Below are positions 6,340 through 15,381 of a stretch of DNA of 64,000 nt, one piece after another. Position numbers and translations under genes: made by a program. Under the pieces are notes generated by a model. The model ran no database searches and was not told the DNA's origin. It worked only from the letters and a program-made list of their open reading frames with translations. Source of the stretch: an uncultured Bacteroidales bacterium (GTDB lineage: Bacteria; Bacteroidota; Bacteroidia; Bacteroidales; ML635J-15); assembly GCA_905234755.1 (NCBI GenBank), contig CAJOIT010000003.1, positions 9,135-73,134 of the forward strand, in the 5' to 3' direction. Every line of letters starts with the position of its first letter. The first letter of the stretch is position 1.

Positions 6340-8766
6340 ATGAAAAGATTCTTGTTGGCAGTCATTGCTTGTATATTTTGCGGTTTAGTTTGCGCGCAGA
6401 GCGATTATTCTGTACGCGCAGAATTTATAGGACAGGGCATAGGTACATATTATGCTGGGGAACAGCATTATCAGCAGTTGGATAGCATTGTTGTTGTAAA
6501 CCATACAAAGAATTGGGAGCGAACTATCGAGTATCCTGATACAATTCTTATTGCTAGGTATCATGGTACAGGCGCTATTGAACAAACTTCAACCGTCAGC
6601 GATGCTCTTTCGCAAAATGTTCCCAATCCGTTTGATGGAGAAACCGAAGTCGAATTGTATGTCGCTGAAAATAACAAGGTTTTGCTACAGGTGTATGACA
6701 TGGTAGGAAAGCTTTATGTGCAATATGAGGAATGGCTTTCAGCAGGAATGTACCGTTTTTCAATTAGCCTGTCGATGGCTCAGGCATATTTGCTTTCGGC
6801 AAATGTTGGAAACAAGTCGTATTCCATAAAGATGGTAAATCTTGGCAAAGGAGGCGGGAATGCTATCTCTAATCTCGGTTCGGTTGTTCCCAAATTGACA
6901 ATTGATAACGGAAATGCTCAAAACGAAACATTAAGTATATCCGACAGCATGTCGTATGTTGGCTACACGACCTACAATGGTGATGTATATGAAAGCAGAC
7001 AACTGAGCAAACTATGGTGTGCAGGAGTCGATACCTTGTTTTTCGATATTCCATATTGCAATGACAAGACCACTTTGCTTCGTATTCAAGACTGTGTGCC
7101 GTATTCGTACAATGGTCAGACATATTCAGAAAGCGGTCACTATGTGCTTGAGGAGCTGCAATCTGTATGTGGTGCCGACAGCATTGTGGAATTGGATTTC
7201 CGCATTGGCGGACAAATTGAGACGGAATTTTACATTGAGACAAACGATGGTGAGTACCAATGGGGCGACACATTACTGAGGGACAGTGGCATTTATCGCC
7301 GTCAATTTACTTCGGTACACGGTTGCGACAGCATTGTCACTCTATATTTGACATTGTATGTGAACGAAAGAACGATTTCTTGCAGATTTTCTGGTATTGG
7401 AATAAGTACGATAGATGAAATGGAAAGGCATTATCAGCGGTTGGACAGCATATCAATAACTAATGAGCGAAATCATTTGCAATGGATGATGCACTATCCA
7501 GACACAACACTTACTACGGTAACTGTTCAAGATAAGCTGACTGTTGTTAATGAAAATGGTGTGCCATTAATATATGGAGCCGATGATATTATCATAAAGG
7601 GGTACACAACATTTAGGGGAGTAGTGTTTGAAAGCATGGAGATTAGGCAGATGATGCACCTTTATATGGATTCAGTATTATATTTCCATATCCCGTATTG
7701 TCGCGACAAGATTATTGCGTATGATATTCATGATTGTGAACCTTTTACTTATCATGGGCAAACATATTCGGAAAGTGGTCATTATGTACTTGAGGAACTC
7801 GAAACCGCTTTGGGGTGCGACAGCATTGTGGAATTGGACTTGACTATAGGCGATTTTGCTTTCAATGAAATTGAAATATACACATGCGATGAGTCGTATC
7901 AGCTCGATGATACTTTGATTACGGAAAGCGGCATATATCGTCGTCATTATACTTCAGTGCATGGTTGTGACAGCATTGTGGCGTATATTGTTTCACTTGG
8001 CAACGGATTTACCGATGAGCGAGATGGCAATACCTATTGTACCGTGCAGATTGGCGACCAAGTGTGGATGACTGAAAATTTAAGGTATCTGCCGAATGTA
8101 AATTCAATAAGTAGCATGTCCGAAAATTATTATAATAGGTGGGATGATACAGTGCGATGTTTCGTATATGGATACGATGGTACTGATGTGGAAGAAGCTA
8201 AAATGACAGACAATTATACAAAATACGGAGTGCTGTATAATATTTCTAATGTGTTGTGGGGTGAGGGTGATTATTATATTGGTGATTCGCTTGTGAGGGT
8301 AGACACGCTATGTCCTGCGGGATGGCATATACCTACTGACAGCGAGTGGACTAAGATGGAAGTTTTCCTAGAAAATAACGGATATAATTTTGATGGATAT
8401 ATAGATACTGATAACGATAGGGAAACGCATAATGTTATAGCGAAGCCGTTGGCATATACATCCGACTGGACTGTATGCAACGAAAGAAATACTGTAGGTT
8501 GGTTGCAGAATAAGAATAATAAAAGTCATTTTAGTGCATTGCCTGGCGGTTGGGCGAATGTTCAGACAGGAGTTTATGTCGGACTACATGATTTTGGCTG
8601 TTGGTGGACTAAAACTATGGATAGTAGTTTTCATTTCGATGAGAATAATAATATGGTATTCACTAGATTTTTTAGGAGATTGGATTTTGATTCGTCAAGC
8701 ACATTAAGGGAATCTATAAATCTATGTAAATCAGCTATGAGTGTAAGGTGTATAAGGGATTATTAA
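6340..8766 (+). CDS. Secreted mosaic surface protein: signal peptide, internal T9SS CTD-like segment, duplicated Cys-containing modules, C-terminal Fibrobacter-succinogenes-major-paralogous (FISUMP) domain
   Basis: Signal peptide: MKRFLLAVIACIFCGLVCAQ. Residues about 90-168 match a Por_Secre_tail pattern (QNVPNPFDGETEVELYV..VLLQVYDMVGKLY..LSAGMYRFSISL..SYSIKMV). Modules are duplicated 214 aa apart (..NGQTYSESGHYVLEEL...CDSIVELD..). The C-terminus carries FISUMP motifs (DERDGNTYCTVQIGDQVWMTENL, CPAGWHIPTDSEW, ALPGGW). Confidence 0.75.
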   Translation: MKRFLLAVIACIFCGLVCAQSDYSVRAEFIGQGIGTYYAGEQHYQQLDSIVVVNHTKNWERTIEYPDTILIARYHGTGAIEQTSTVSDALSQNVPNPFDGETEVELYVAENNKVLLQVYDMVGKLYVQYEEWLSAGMYRFSISLSMAQAYLLSANVGNKSYSIKMVNLGKGGGNAISNLGSVVPKLTIDNGNAQNETLSISDSMSYVGYTTYNGDVYESRQLSKLWCAGVDTLFFDIPYCNDKTTLLRIQDCVPYSYNGQTYSESGHYVLEELQSVCGADSIVELDFRIGGQIETEFYIETNDGEYQWGDTLLRDSGIYRRQFTSVHGCDSIVTLYLTLYVNERTISCRFSGIGISTIDEMERHYQRLDSISITNERNHLQWMMHYPDTTLTTVTVQDKLTVVNENGVPLIYGADDIIIKGYTTFRGVVFESMEIRQMMHLYMDSVLYFHIPYCRDKIIAYDIHDCEPFTYHGQTYSESGHYVLEELETALGCDSIVELDLTIGDFAFNEIEIYTCDESYQLDDTLITESGIYRRHYTSVHGCDSIVAYIVSLGNGFTDERDGNTYCTVQIGDQVWMTENLRYLPNVNSISSMSENYYNRWDDTVRCFVYGYDGTDVEEAKMTDNYTKYGVLYNISNVLWGEGDYYIGDSLVRVDTLCPAGWHIPTDSEWTKMEVFLENNGYNFDGYIDTDNDRETHNVIAKPLAYTSDWTVCNERNTVGWLQNKNNKSHFSALPGGWANVQTGVYVGLHDFGCWWTKTMDSSFHFDENNNMVFTRFFRRLDFDSSSTLRESINLCKSAMSVRCIRDY

Positions 8767-9479
8767 TTCTTGTATCCTTCCTCAATTTTCCTTATCACAT
8801 CAATTTTGCCGACATCTAGGACTTTATTGTTGTCGTGAATGTATCCGCCGATGGGTTCTGTTTTCGATATTTTCAGCAGTTCGGGGATGATTGGGAAGGA
8901 GCCCTCGTTGTCGATGAGGTCGAAAATGCGATAGTTGCAGACATATATTCCGCTGAAAGCCATTTCGTTGTAGCAGTCGCGTTCGATGGTGATTATTGAC
9001 TTGTCGTTCTTAAGGTCGCGCCATCCGCAAAGGCGGTTTTCTGTGTCGAAAAGCAGATGCTTCGAGCTTTCGCGGTGCATTACGGCAAGTGTCGCCACAT
9101 TTTGCGTTGAGCAATGGTGGTAGTACAATGCTTTCAGGTCGAGGTCGGAAAAAATGTCGACATTGTGAACCAGAAAGTTGTCGCCATCCTTGAAGAACCG
9201 CTTGACATTCTTTAGTCCGCCGCCAGTGTTCAGCAACAAGTCACGCTCATCTGAAATCTCTATTTGTACGCCGAAATCGTTTTTTTTCACAAAGTCTATA
9301 ATCTGTTCGGCAAAATGGTGAACATTAACAACTATGTAGTCGACACCAAAACCGCGAAGTTTTTCTATCTGGTGTTGAATCATTGGTTTTCCGCTGATTG
9401 GAACCATTGCTTTGGGCATGGTGTTGGTCAGCGGTGCGAGACGGGTGCCGAGTCCGGCAGCGAAAATCATTGCTTTCAT
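8763..9479 (-). CDS. Sugar-phosphate nucleotidyltransferase family protein (MurU / mannose-1-P guanylyltransferase-like)
   Basis: The N-terminal MKAMIFAAGLGTRLAPLTNTMPKAMVPISGKPMI is the canonical G-x-G-T-R-L NTP_transferase signature. 238 aa. Confidence 0.8.
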   Translation of the reverse strand: MKAMIFAAGLGTRLAPLTNTMPKAMVPISGKPMIQHQIEKLRGFGVDYIVVNVHHFAEQIIDFVKKNDFGVQIEISDERDLLLNTGGGLKNVKRFFKDGDNFLVHNVDIFSDLDLKALYYHHCSTQNVATLAVMHRESSKHLLFDTENRLCGWRDLKNDKSIITIERDCYNEMAFSGIYVCNYRIFDLIDNEGSFPIIPELLKISKTEPIGGYIHDNNKVLDVGKIDVIRKIEEGYKN

Positions 9480-9529
9480 TTGCGAAAATTTTCCGCAAAG
9501 GTAAAGAAAAATTAATGATTCAAGAGGTC

Positions 9530-9578
9530 AAAACGGAATGTCATCCTGAACTTGTTTCAGGATCTGATTCCGTTTTTT
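9530..9578 (-). terminator. Hairpin terminator / REP-like element (GAACTTGTTTC family, copy 1)
   Basis: AAAACGGAAT...ATTCCGTTTT forms a 10-bp outer stem, and ATCCTGAA/TTCAGGAT forms an inner stem, with T/A runs on both sides. It lies 29 nt downstream of the stop of the 9607..10095 gene. Confidence 0.65.
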
Positions 9579-9606
9579 AGGTGGGCAGTTTGAAGTTTTT
9601 CTCCCG

Positions 9607-10095
9607 TTATTCCTTCTGCTTTTCAATTGTTTCCTTGTATTTCTTAATGTCTGCCACATCACGGACTGTACGAAAATCTGTTATTGACCAGTCGTACTCC
9701 AATTCTTCTTTGCCCGATTCGTTGGTGACGAGTTTCGCATTTTTGTACGAAAGAGTTATGTACTTGTACTTGAATTCTCCGCTGGTTTTTCCTTCCGTTA
9801 AATCATCTAGAATCTGGACCTCCATAAGTACGGTGGCGTCGAGTATCGATTTTTCAAAGGTGCTTTGTGGCTGGTCGTATGTCCAAGAAGGAGGGCATTG
9901 CTCGTGACCTTTGCCTGTGCATTCCAAATATGTAAGTCTTCGATACGAATCATATTCTGCAATAACTGTTTTGTATGTTACTTCCTCCGTGAATTTGTTG
10001 CACTTGCCACCTTCAAGGTGTACAGTTAACCCTTGTGCGTTTGCTGCCGAAATACTAATAATCGCAATGATTATTGCTACAAAAAGATTTTTCAT
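9607..10095 (-). CDS. Hypothetical secreted protein
   Basis: 162 aa with a signal peptide, MKNLFVAIIIAIISISAANAQ. I recognise no family. A strong hairpin terminator follows. Confidence 0.5.
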   Translation of the reverse strand: MKNLFVAIIIAIISISAANAQGLTVHLEGGKCNKFTEEVTYKTVIAEYDSYRRLTYLECTGKGHEQCPPSWTYDQPQSTFEKSILDATVLMEVQILDDLTEGKTSGEFKYKYITLSYKNAKLVTNESGKEELEYDWSITDFRTVRDVADIKKYKETIEKQKE

Positions 10096-10192
10096 GTTAG
10101 ATTCCCTATTTTATCGTTAAACTTTTGAATATTATCGGTGACAAATATAATGCATTTGTTTAAAGCATGCATACTTTTTCTGGAAAAAATCA

Positions 10193-10226
10193 AAAATCGT
10201 AAATCGTACTTCGTAAATCGTAAATA
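10193..10226 (+). repeat. 34-bp AATCGTAAAT promoter module (trxB copy)
   Basis: AAAATCGTAAATCGTACTTCGTAAATCGTAAATA ends 5 nt before the -7 box. Confidence 0.7.
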
Positions 10227-10231
10227 TTTTT

Positions 10232-10239
10232 TATCTTTG
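10232..10239 (+). promoter_or_regulatory. -7 promoter box (TAtcTTTG) of trxB
   Basis: TATCTTTG lies 28 nt upstream of the trxB ATG and is preceded by the AATCGTAAAT repeat module. Confidence 0.6.
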
Positions 10240-10266
10240 CCGAAATTTGAGTTTAATTAAAAGAAT

Positions 10267-11199
10267 ATGACAGAAAAAGTTAAATGCCTGATTATAGGTT
10301 CAGGTCCTGCTGGTTTCACGGCAGCAATATATGCATCGAGAGCAAATTTAAGCCCAGTTGTATACGAAGGTTTGCAGCCGGGCGGTCAGTTGACAATCAC
10401 TACCGAAATAGAGAATTTCCCGGGTTATCCAAATGGAGTTACCGGACCCGAAATGATGAATCAGCTTCGCGAGCAGGCAAAGCGCTTCGGCACTGATGTT
10501 CGCAGTGGTATTATTACCGAGGTTGATTTTTCTCACCGTCCTTTCCATGTTGTTGTTGACAATGGCGATGAAATCGATGCTGAAGTTGTGATTATTGCTA
10601 CTGGTGCAACAGCCAACTATCTTGGACTTGAGTCGGAGCAGAAACTCAAGGGCTTTGGCGTGTCGGCTTGTGCTACCTGCGACGGATTTTTCTATCGCAA
10701 GAAGGATGTCGCAGTAGTTGGTGGTGGCGATACTGCTGCCGAGGAAGCAACATATCTCGCAGGCATTTGCAACAAGGTTTACATGATTGTTCGTCGTGAC
10801 GAACTTCGTGCATCAAAGGCAATGCAGCAGCGCGTAATGGAAAATCCGAAAATCGAAGTGCTTTGGAACTGCAATACCAAGGAAGTCCTTGGCAACGAGA
10901 TGGATGGTGTAACTGGCGCTCGTCTGCTCAACAACAAGACCAACGAGGAAAAGGTAATCGATATTAGCGGTTTCTTTGTTGCTATTGGTCATACGCCTAA
11001 CACAAAGGTATTTGCAAAGTACATCGACCTTGACGAGAAGGGATACATAAAGACCGTTCCGGGTACGGCTAAGACAAATGTTCCTGGTGTGTTCGCTTGT
11101 GGCGATGTTCAGGATCCTAATTACCGTCAGGCAATTACTGCTGCCGGCTCAGGATGCAAGGCTGCTATTGATGCGGAGCATTTCCTGTTGGAATACTAG
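10267..11199 (+). CDS. trxB: Thioredoxin-disulfide reductase
   Basis: FAD motif GSGPAG, redox-active CATCDG, NADPH motif GGGDTAAEEA, and a C-terminal GDV..YRQAITAAGSGC pattern. 310 aa. Confidence 0.95.
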   Translation: MTEKVKCLIIGSGPAGFTAAIYASRANLSPVVYEGLQPGGQLTITTEIENFPGYPNGVTGPEMMNQLREQAKRFGTDVRSGIITEVDFSHRPFHVVVDNGDEIDAEVVIIATGATANYLGLESEQKLKGFGVSACATCDGFFYRKKDVAVVGGGDTAAEEATYLAGICNKVYMIVRRDELRASKAMQQRVMENPKIEVLWNCNTKEVLGNEMDGVTGARLLNNKTNEEKVIDISGFFVAIGHTPNTKVFAKYIDLDEKGYIKTVPGTAKTNVPGVFACGDVQDPNYRQAITAAGSGCKAAIDAEHFLLEY

Positions 11200-11222
11200 A
11201 AATATAAATTGTTGTAATATTT

Positions 11223-11260
11223 ATCCTGCCGTGCTTTGCGCGGTAGGATTTGTTCTTTCT
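11223..11260 (+). terminator. Intrinsic terminator of trxB
   Basis: ATCCTGCCG / CGGTAGGAT form a 9-bp stem with one G-U pair. TTTGTTCTTTCT follows. The element starts 24 nt after the trxB stop. Confidence 0.6.
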
Positions 11261-11450
11261 GATTTGTAACCTTTAGCTCGTTGCCAATGGCAACAATCCG
11301 AAAGTTTTGAATATTAGCATTTGTAATGCGTAAATATTTACAGCAGTCGTCAATAGTCGGCTGCTGTTTTTGTTTTGTGCTACTTCATTTATCGGATTGC
11401 AAATATCCAAAATGTTATATTGAAATAATTCGTATTTTTGCCCAAAAACA

Positions 11451-12098
11451 ATGACTAAGAGAGAAAGATACGAAAAGGTTCTTGCTTGGTTCAAGCAGAA
11501 TATGGGCGAGGTGGAGACTGAATTGCATTACGGCAGTCCATTTCAGTTGCTTGTGGCGGTGATGTTGTCGGCTCAATGTACCGACAAGCGCGTAAATATG
11601 GTAACGCCAGCGTTGTTTGAGGCATATCCCGATGCACAGTCGATGAGCAAGGCAACTGAGACGGAAATTCTGTCGTATGTCAAGTCGGTGACATACCCCA
11701 ACGCTAAGGCGAAACATCTGCTCGAGACTGCAAAAATCGTAGCCGAAAGTTATGGCGGCGAAGTTCCTGACGATGACAAACTTTTGCAGAAATTGCCAGG
11801 CGTTGGTCGTAAGACTGCGCACGTGGTTCAGGCTGTGCTTTATAATCGTCCCGAAATGCCCGTGGATACGCATGTTTTCAGGGTGTCGGCACGCATAGGG
11901 TTGACGACCAATGCAAAAAATGTGCTTCAGACCGAAAAACAACTCGTAAAACACATTCCCAAGGCCGACATTCCCGATGCTCACCACTATCTGATACTCC
12001 ACGGAAGGTATGTTTGCACGGCTCGCTCTCCAAAGTGTACATCATGCGGAATATCAGCATATTGTGCGTTTTATCAACAAAATACTAACATTGGTTGA
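11451..12098 (+). CDS. nth: Endonuclease III (DNA glycosylase/AP lyase)
   Basis: HhH-GPD motif LPGVGRKTA plus a C-terminal 4Fe-4S cluster loop, CTARSPKCTSCGISAYC. 215 aa. Confidence 0.9.
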   Translation: MTKRERYEKVLAWFKQNMGEVETELHYGSPFQLLVAVMLSAQCTDKRVNMVTPALFEAYPDAQSMSKATETEILSYVKSVTYPNAKAKHLLETAKIVAESYGGEVPDDDKLLQKLPGVGRKTAHVVQAVLYNRPEMPVDTHVFRVSARIGLTTNAKNVLQTEKQLVKHIPKADIPDAHHYLILHGRYVCTARSPKCTSCGISAYCAFYQQNTNIG

Positions 12099-12143
12099 AA
12101 TTTGGATACTTATAATTATTTTCGCGACCGAGAATTTTGAGTT

Positions 12144-13922
12144 ATGGAGAAAGATATAGTAAGGTATATCGGAGAGGTATTGTCCGATTTGTATGTTGTT
12201 GATTCAAAGTCGGTAACAATCTCGTTAGAAAGAACAAAACCTGGAATCGACGGCGATTTCACGGTTGTTGTTTTCCCGTTCACGAAGTATAGCAAGAAGA
12301 GTCCTATGGATACCGCCAAGGAAATTGGCGTGTCGTTGAAGGCTCGTTGCGAGGACATTGATTCCTACAATGTGATTCAGGGATTCTTGAATATTACAAT
12401 GACGCACGAATATTGGTTGAAGCGACTTAACAATCTTGCAGCACCGGCAAAAAAGAAGGACACTTCCAAGAAGCCGTTGATAATGGTTGAATTTTCGTCG
12501 CCAAATACCAACAAGCCATTGCATCTTGGTCATTTGCGTAACAATTTCCTCGGTGATTCTGTATCGCGCATTATAAAGGCAGCTGGAAACAATGTCATGA
12601 AGGTTAACCTTGTGAACGACAGGGGAATCCATATTTGCAAGTCGATGATTGCTTGGCTGAAGTGGGGCAACGGCGTTACTCCCGAATCGGCAGGCAAGAA
12701 GGGCGACAAACTTGTTGGCGACTTTTATGTGCTTTTCAGCAACAAGTACAAGGAAGAAATTGCTGCGTTGAAAGCAACTGGACTTAGCGATGAGGAAGCC
12801 GAGAAGAAATCAGCTCTCATGGCAGAAACTCGTGAAATGCTTCAGAAGTGGGAGGCAGGTGACGAGGAAGTTCGCCGTGTATGGAAGATGATGAACGAAT
12901 GGGTTTATGCTGGTTTCGATGAGACTTACAAGAAAATCGGCATTTCATTCGATAGAATATATTATGAATCACAGACTTATCTGCTTGGTAAGTCGATAGT
13001 GCAGAAAGGTCTCGACCGTGGCGTTTTCGTCCGCGATGCCGATACTTCCGTATGGATTGACCTTACAAACGAAGGACTCGACCGCAAAATTTTGCTCCGC
13101 AGCGATGGTACGACAGTTTATATGACTCAGGACATTGGTACTGCTGCTCAGCGTTTCGATGAATATCATCCCGATAAATTGATATATGTTGTTGGTAATG
13201 AGCAAGATTATCATTTCGCAGTGCTGAAGAAGGTTGTTCAGCGTTTGGGCGAGGACTACTACGACAAGATTTTCCATCTTTCGTATGGTATGGTCGAACT
13301 TCCCGAGGGCAAGATGAAGTCGCGCGAAGGTACTGTTGTAGATGCTGACGACCTTGTTGCCGATATGATTGAAACTGCACGCGCAATTTCCGAGGAAAAC
13401 GGTAAGCTTGGCGATTTGAGCGAAGCAGAACGCAACCGCATAATTGAGATGATTGCAATAGGCGCACTCAAGTATTTCATTCTCAAGGTTGACCCGAAGA
13501 AGCAGATGGTTTTCAATCCTAAGGAATCCATCGATTTCAACGGAAATACTGGACCTTTCATACAATACACACACGCACGTATTTGCTCGATACTGCGTAA
13601 GGCAAAAGAGCAGAACATCAATCTTACGAAGCGCATTTCCGAGGATGTTCATCTGCTCGACAAGGAGGTAAGCATTATTTCCAACTTGTGTTCGTTTGAC
13701 AAGGTTGTCGAAGAGTCGGCCAAGAAGTTTGACCCGGGACAGGTTGCCAACTATGTATACAATCTTTGCAAGGAGTTCAACCAGTTCTACCACGACTATT
13801 CAATTCTGAACGAAAACGATCCTAACGTGATTCTGCTCCGTCTGCGCTTGTCGCAGCAGGTTGCCAAGACCATAAAGGAAGGCATGGGATTGCTCGGAAT
13901 CGAAGTTCCAGAAGTAATGTAG
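12144..13922 (+). CDS. argS: Arginine--tRNA ligase
   Basis: Class I HIGH-type motif SSPNTNKPLHLGHLRN, KMSK-type KMKSREG, and a C-terminal DALR-like anticodon-binding region. 592 aa. Confidence 0.95.
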   Translation: MEKDIVRYIGEVLSDLYVVDSKSVTISLERTKPGIDGDFTVVVFPFTKYSKKSPMDTAKEIGVSLKARCEDIDSYNVIQGFLNITMTHEYWLKRLNNLAAPAKKKDTSKKPLIMVEFSSPNTNKPLHLGHLRNNFLGDSVSRIIKAAGNNVMKVNLVNDRGIHICKSMIAWLKWGNGVTPESAGKKGDKLVGDFYVLFSNKYKEEIAALKATGLSDEEAEKKSALMAETREMLQKWEAGDEEVRRVWKMMNEWVYAGFDETYKKIGISFDRIYYESQTYLLGKSIVQKGLDRGVFVRDADTSVWIDLTNEGLDRKILLRSDGTTVYMTQDIGTAAQRFDEYHPDKLIYVVGNEQDYHFAVLKKVVQRLGEDYYDKIFHLSYGMVELPEGKMKSREGTVVDADDLVADMIETARAISEENGKLGDLSEAERNRIIEMIAIGALKYFILKVDPKKQMVFNPKESIDFNGNTGPFIQYTHARICSILRKAKEQNINLTKRISEDVHLLDKEVSIISNLCSFDKVVEESAKKFDPGQVANYVYNLCKEFNQFYHDYSILNENDPNVILLRLRLSQQVAKTIKEGMGLLGIEVPEVM

Positions 13923-13942
13923 TGTTATAATGTTATATATTT

Positions 13943-13979
13943 AAATCCCCAATGTTTTTTCAAGCATTGGGGATTTTTT
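13943..13979. terminator. Bidirectional terminator between convergent argS and the aldehyde dehydrogenase gene
   Basis: AAATCCCCAATG ... CATTGGGGATTT form a 12-bp perfect stem, flanked by an A-rich 5' side and a T-run 3' side. Confidence 0.75.
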
Positions 13980-13984
13980 GTGTC

Positions 13985-15355
13985 TTATTTCAAGAACATC
14001 CTTATCAACTTGTCTTTCCAACTGGTATATGGTTGGTAGCGCATTGAAATGTCGATCCATGTGTATTTCTTTACCACAGATTTGGCATGGCTGAATGTCT
14101 CGAATGTCTTTTTGCCGTGGTAACTGCCCATACCGCTGTTGCCTACTCCGCCAAATGGCAGGTTGGTTGTTGCAATGTGTATGATGGTGTCGTTTACGCA
14201 TCCGCCACCGAATGGCACTTCGCGCAGAAAATGCTTTTCGACTTTCTTGTCGCTGGTGAAAAGATAGAGAGCCAACGGCTTTGGTCTGCTTCTGATAAAA
14301 TCGGCGGCTTCGGTTGAGTTGGCAATGGTAATTATCGGCAGAACTGGACCGAAAATTTCTTCCTGCATAACAGCATCATCGGGTGTGACGTTGTCGAGAA
14401 TTGTCGGCTCTATTTGCAAGGTTTCGGCTTTCAAGTGACCGCCAAAAACTACTTTTTCTTTTGTTATCAATCCAGAAACGCGGTCAAAATGCTTCTGGTT
14501 AACCATTTTGCCGTAATCCTTGTTGGCAAAAATGTCCTCACCGTACATCTTTATGGTTTCTTCTTTCAGAAGTTTTACAAACTCATCGTGAACAGACTTT
14601 TCAACAAGTACATAGTCGGGAGCAATGCAGGTTTGTCCGCAGTTGAGGAATTTGCCGAAAGTTATGCGTCTCGCTGCAATGCGCAGGTTGGCGGTATGGT
14701 CGATTATGCATGGCGATTTTCCACCAAGTTCCAGTGTTACCGGTGTTAGGTGCTTTGAGGCCTTTTCCATGACAAGTTTTCCGACAGTTACTCCACCCGT
14801 GAAGAAAATGTAGTCGAACTTTTGTTCCAAAAGGTCGGCATTTTCGGCACGTCCTCCAGTGATTACTGCAACATATTGCGGGTCAAAGGTTTCTGAAATC
14901 AGTTGGTGTACAACTCTTGATGTTTCAGGCGAATATGCCGATGGCTTTACCACTGCACAGTTTCCTGCGGCTATGGCACCGATGAGCGGTTCGAGCGTAA
15001 GCAGTACTGGGTAGTTCCACGGCGACATTATCAGCACCACTCCGTATGGTTCCTGCACTATCATGCTCTTGGCGTGGAAGTTGGTAAGCGGTGTGCATTT
15101 GCGCTTTGTGCGAGCCCACGAGCGCAGATGTTTTCTGAAATGTGTTATCTCGGCGAGTGTAAGCCCGACTTCGCACATGTATGATTCGGATGCCGACTTG
15201 CCCAGGTCCATCTTGATTGCTTCAAGTAGTTCGGTTTCGTGTTTTTTTATTGCTTGTTTTAGCTTGTCAAGTGCTTCAAGCCTGAATTTTATGTCGAATG
15301 TTCTGCCTGTTGAGAAAAATTTTCTCTGAGCTTCAACTGTCTGTTCTATGTTCAT
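13985..15355 (-). CDS. NAD(P)+-dependent aldehyde dehydrogenase (ALDH3-like family)
   Basis: ELGGKSP glutamate motif, catalytic Cys region FLNCGQTCIAPDY, and a C-terminal FGGVGNSGMGSYHG. 456 aa. Confidence 0.9.
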   Translation of the reverse strand: MNIEQTVEAQRKFFSTGRTFDIKFRLEALDKLKQAIKKHETELLEAIKMDLGKSASESYMCEVGLTLAEITHFRKHLRSWARTKRKCTPLTNFHAKSMIVQEPYGVVLIMSPWNYPVLLTLEPLIGAIAAGNCAVVKPSAYSPETSRVVHQLISETFDPQYVAVITGGRAENADLLEQKFDYIFFTGGVTVGKLVMEKASKHLTPVTLELGGKSPCIIDHTANLRIAARRITFGKFLNCGQTCIAPDYVLVEKSVHDEFVKLLKEETIKMYGEDIFANKDYGKMVNQKHFDRVSGLITKEKVVFGGHLKAETLQIEPTILDNVTPDDAVMQEEIFGPVLPIITIANSTEAADFIRSRPKPLALYLFTSDKKVEKHFLREVPFGGGCVNDTIIHIATTNLPFGGVGNSGMGSYHGKKTFETFSHAKSVVKKYTWIDISMRYQPYTSWKDKLIRMFLK

Positions 15356-15381
15356 TTCGTGATATTTTTTGCAAAGTTACT

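Noticed and set aside
6340-8766. Diversity-generating retroelement targeting the C-terminal lectin-like (FISUMP) domain.
   Set aside because: The window has no reverse transcriptase gene and no template repeat copy of the C-terminal region. The internal repeats are in-frame module duplications.
9398-9580. 60-aa ORF ending ...CHPELVSGSDSVF, and the similar ORFs 55914..56138 and 56019..56273.
   Set aside because: They read straight through the GAAACAAGTTC hairpin repeats and the flanking non-coding DNA. The conserved 'peptide' is a by-product of the DNA palindrome.
12969-13793. 274-aa minus-strand ORF.
   Set aside because: It is antisense to argS, whose identity is unambiguous. No motifs and no promoter box are present.
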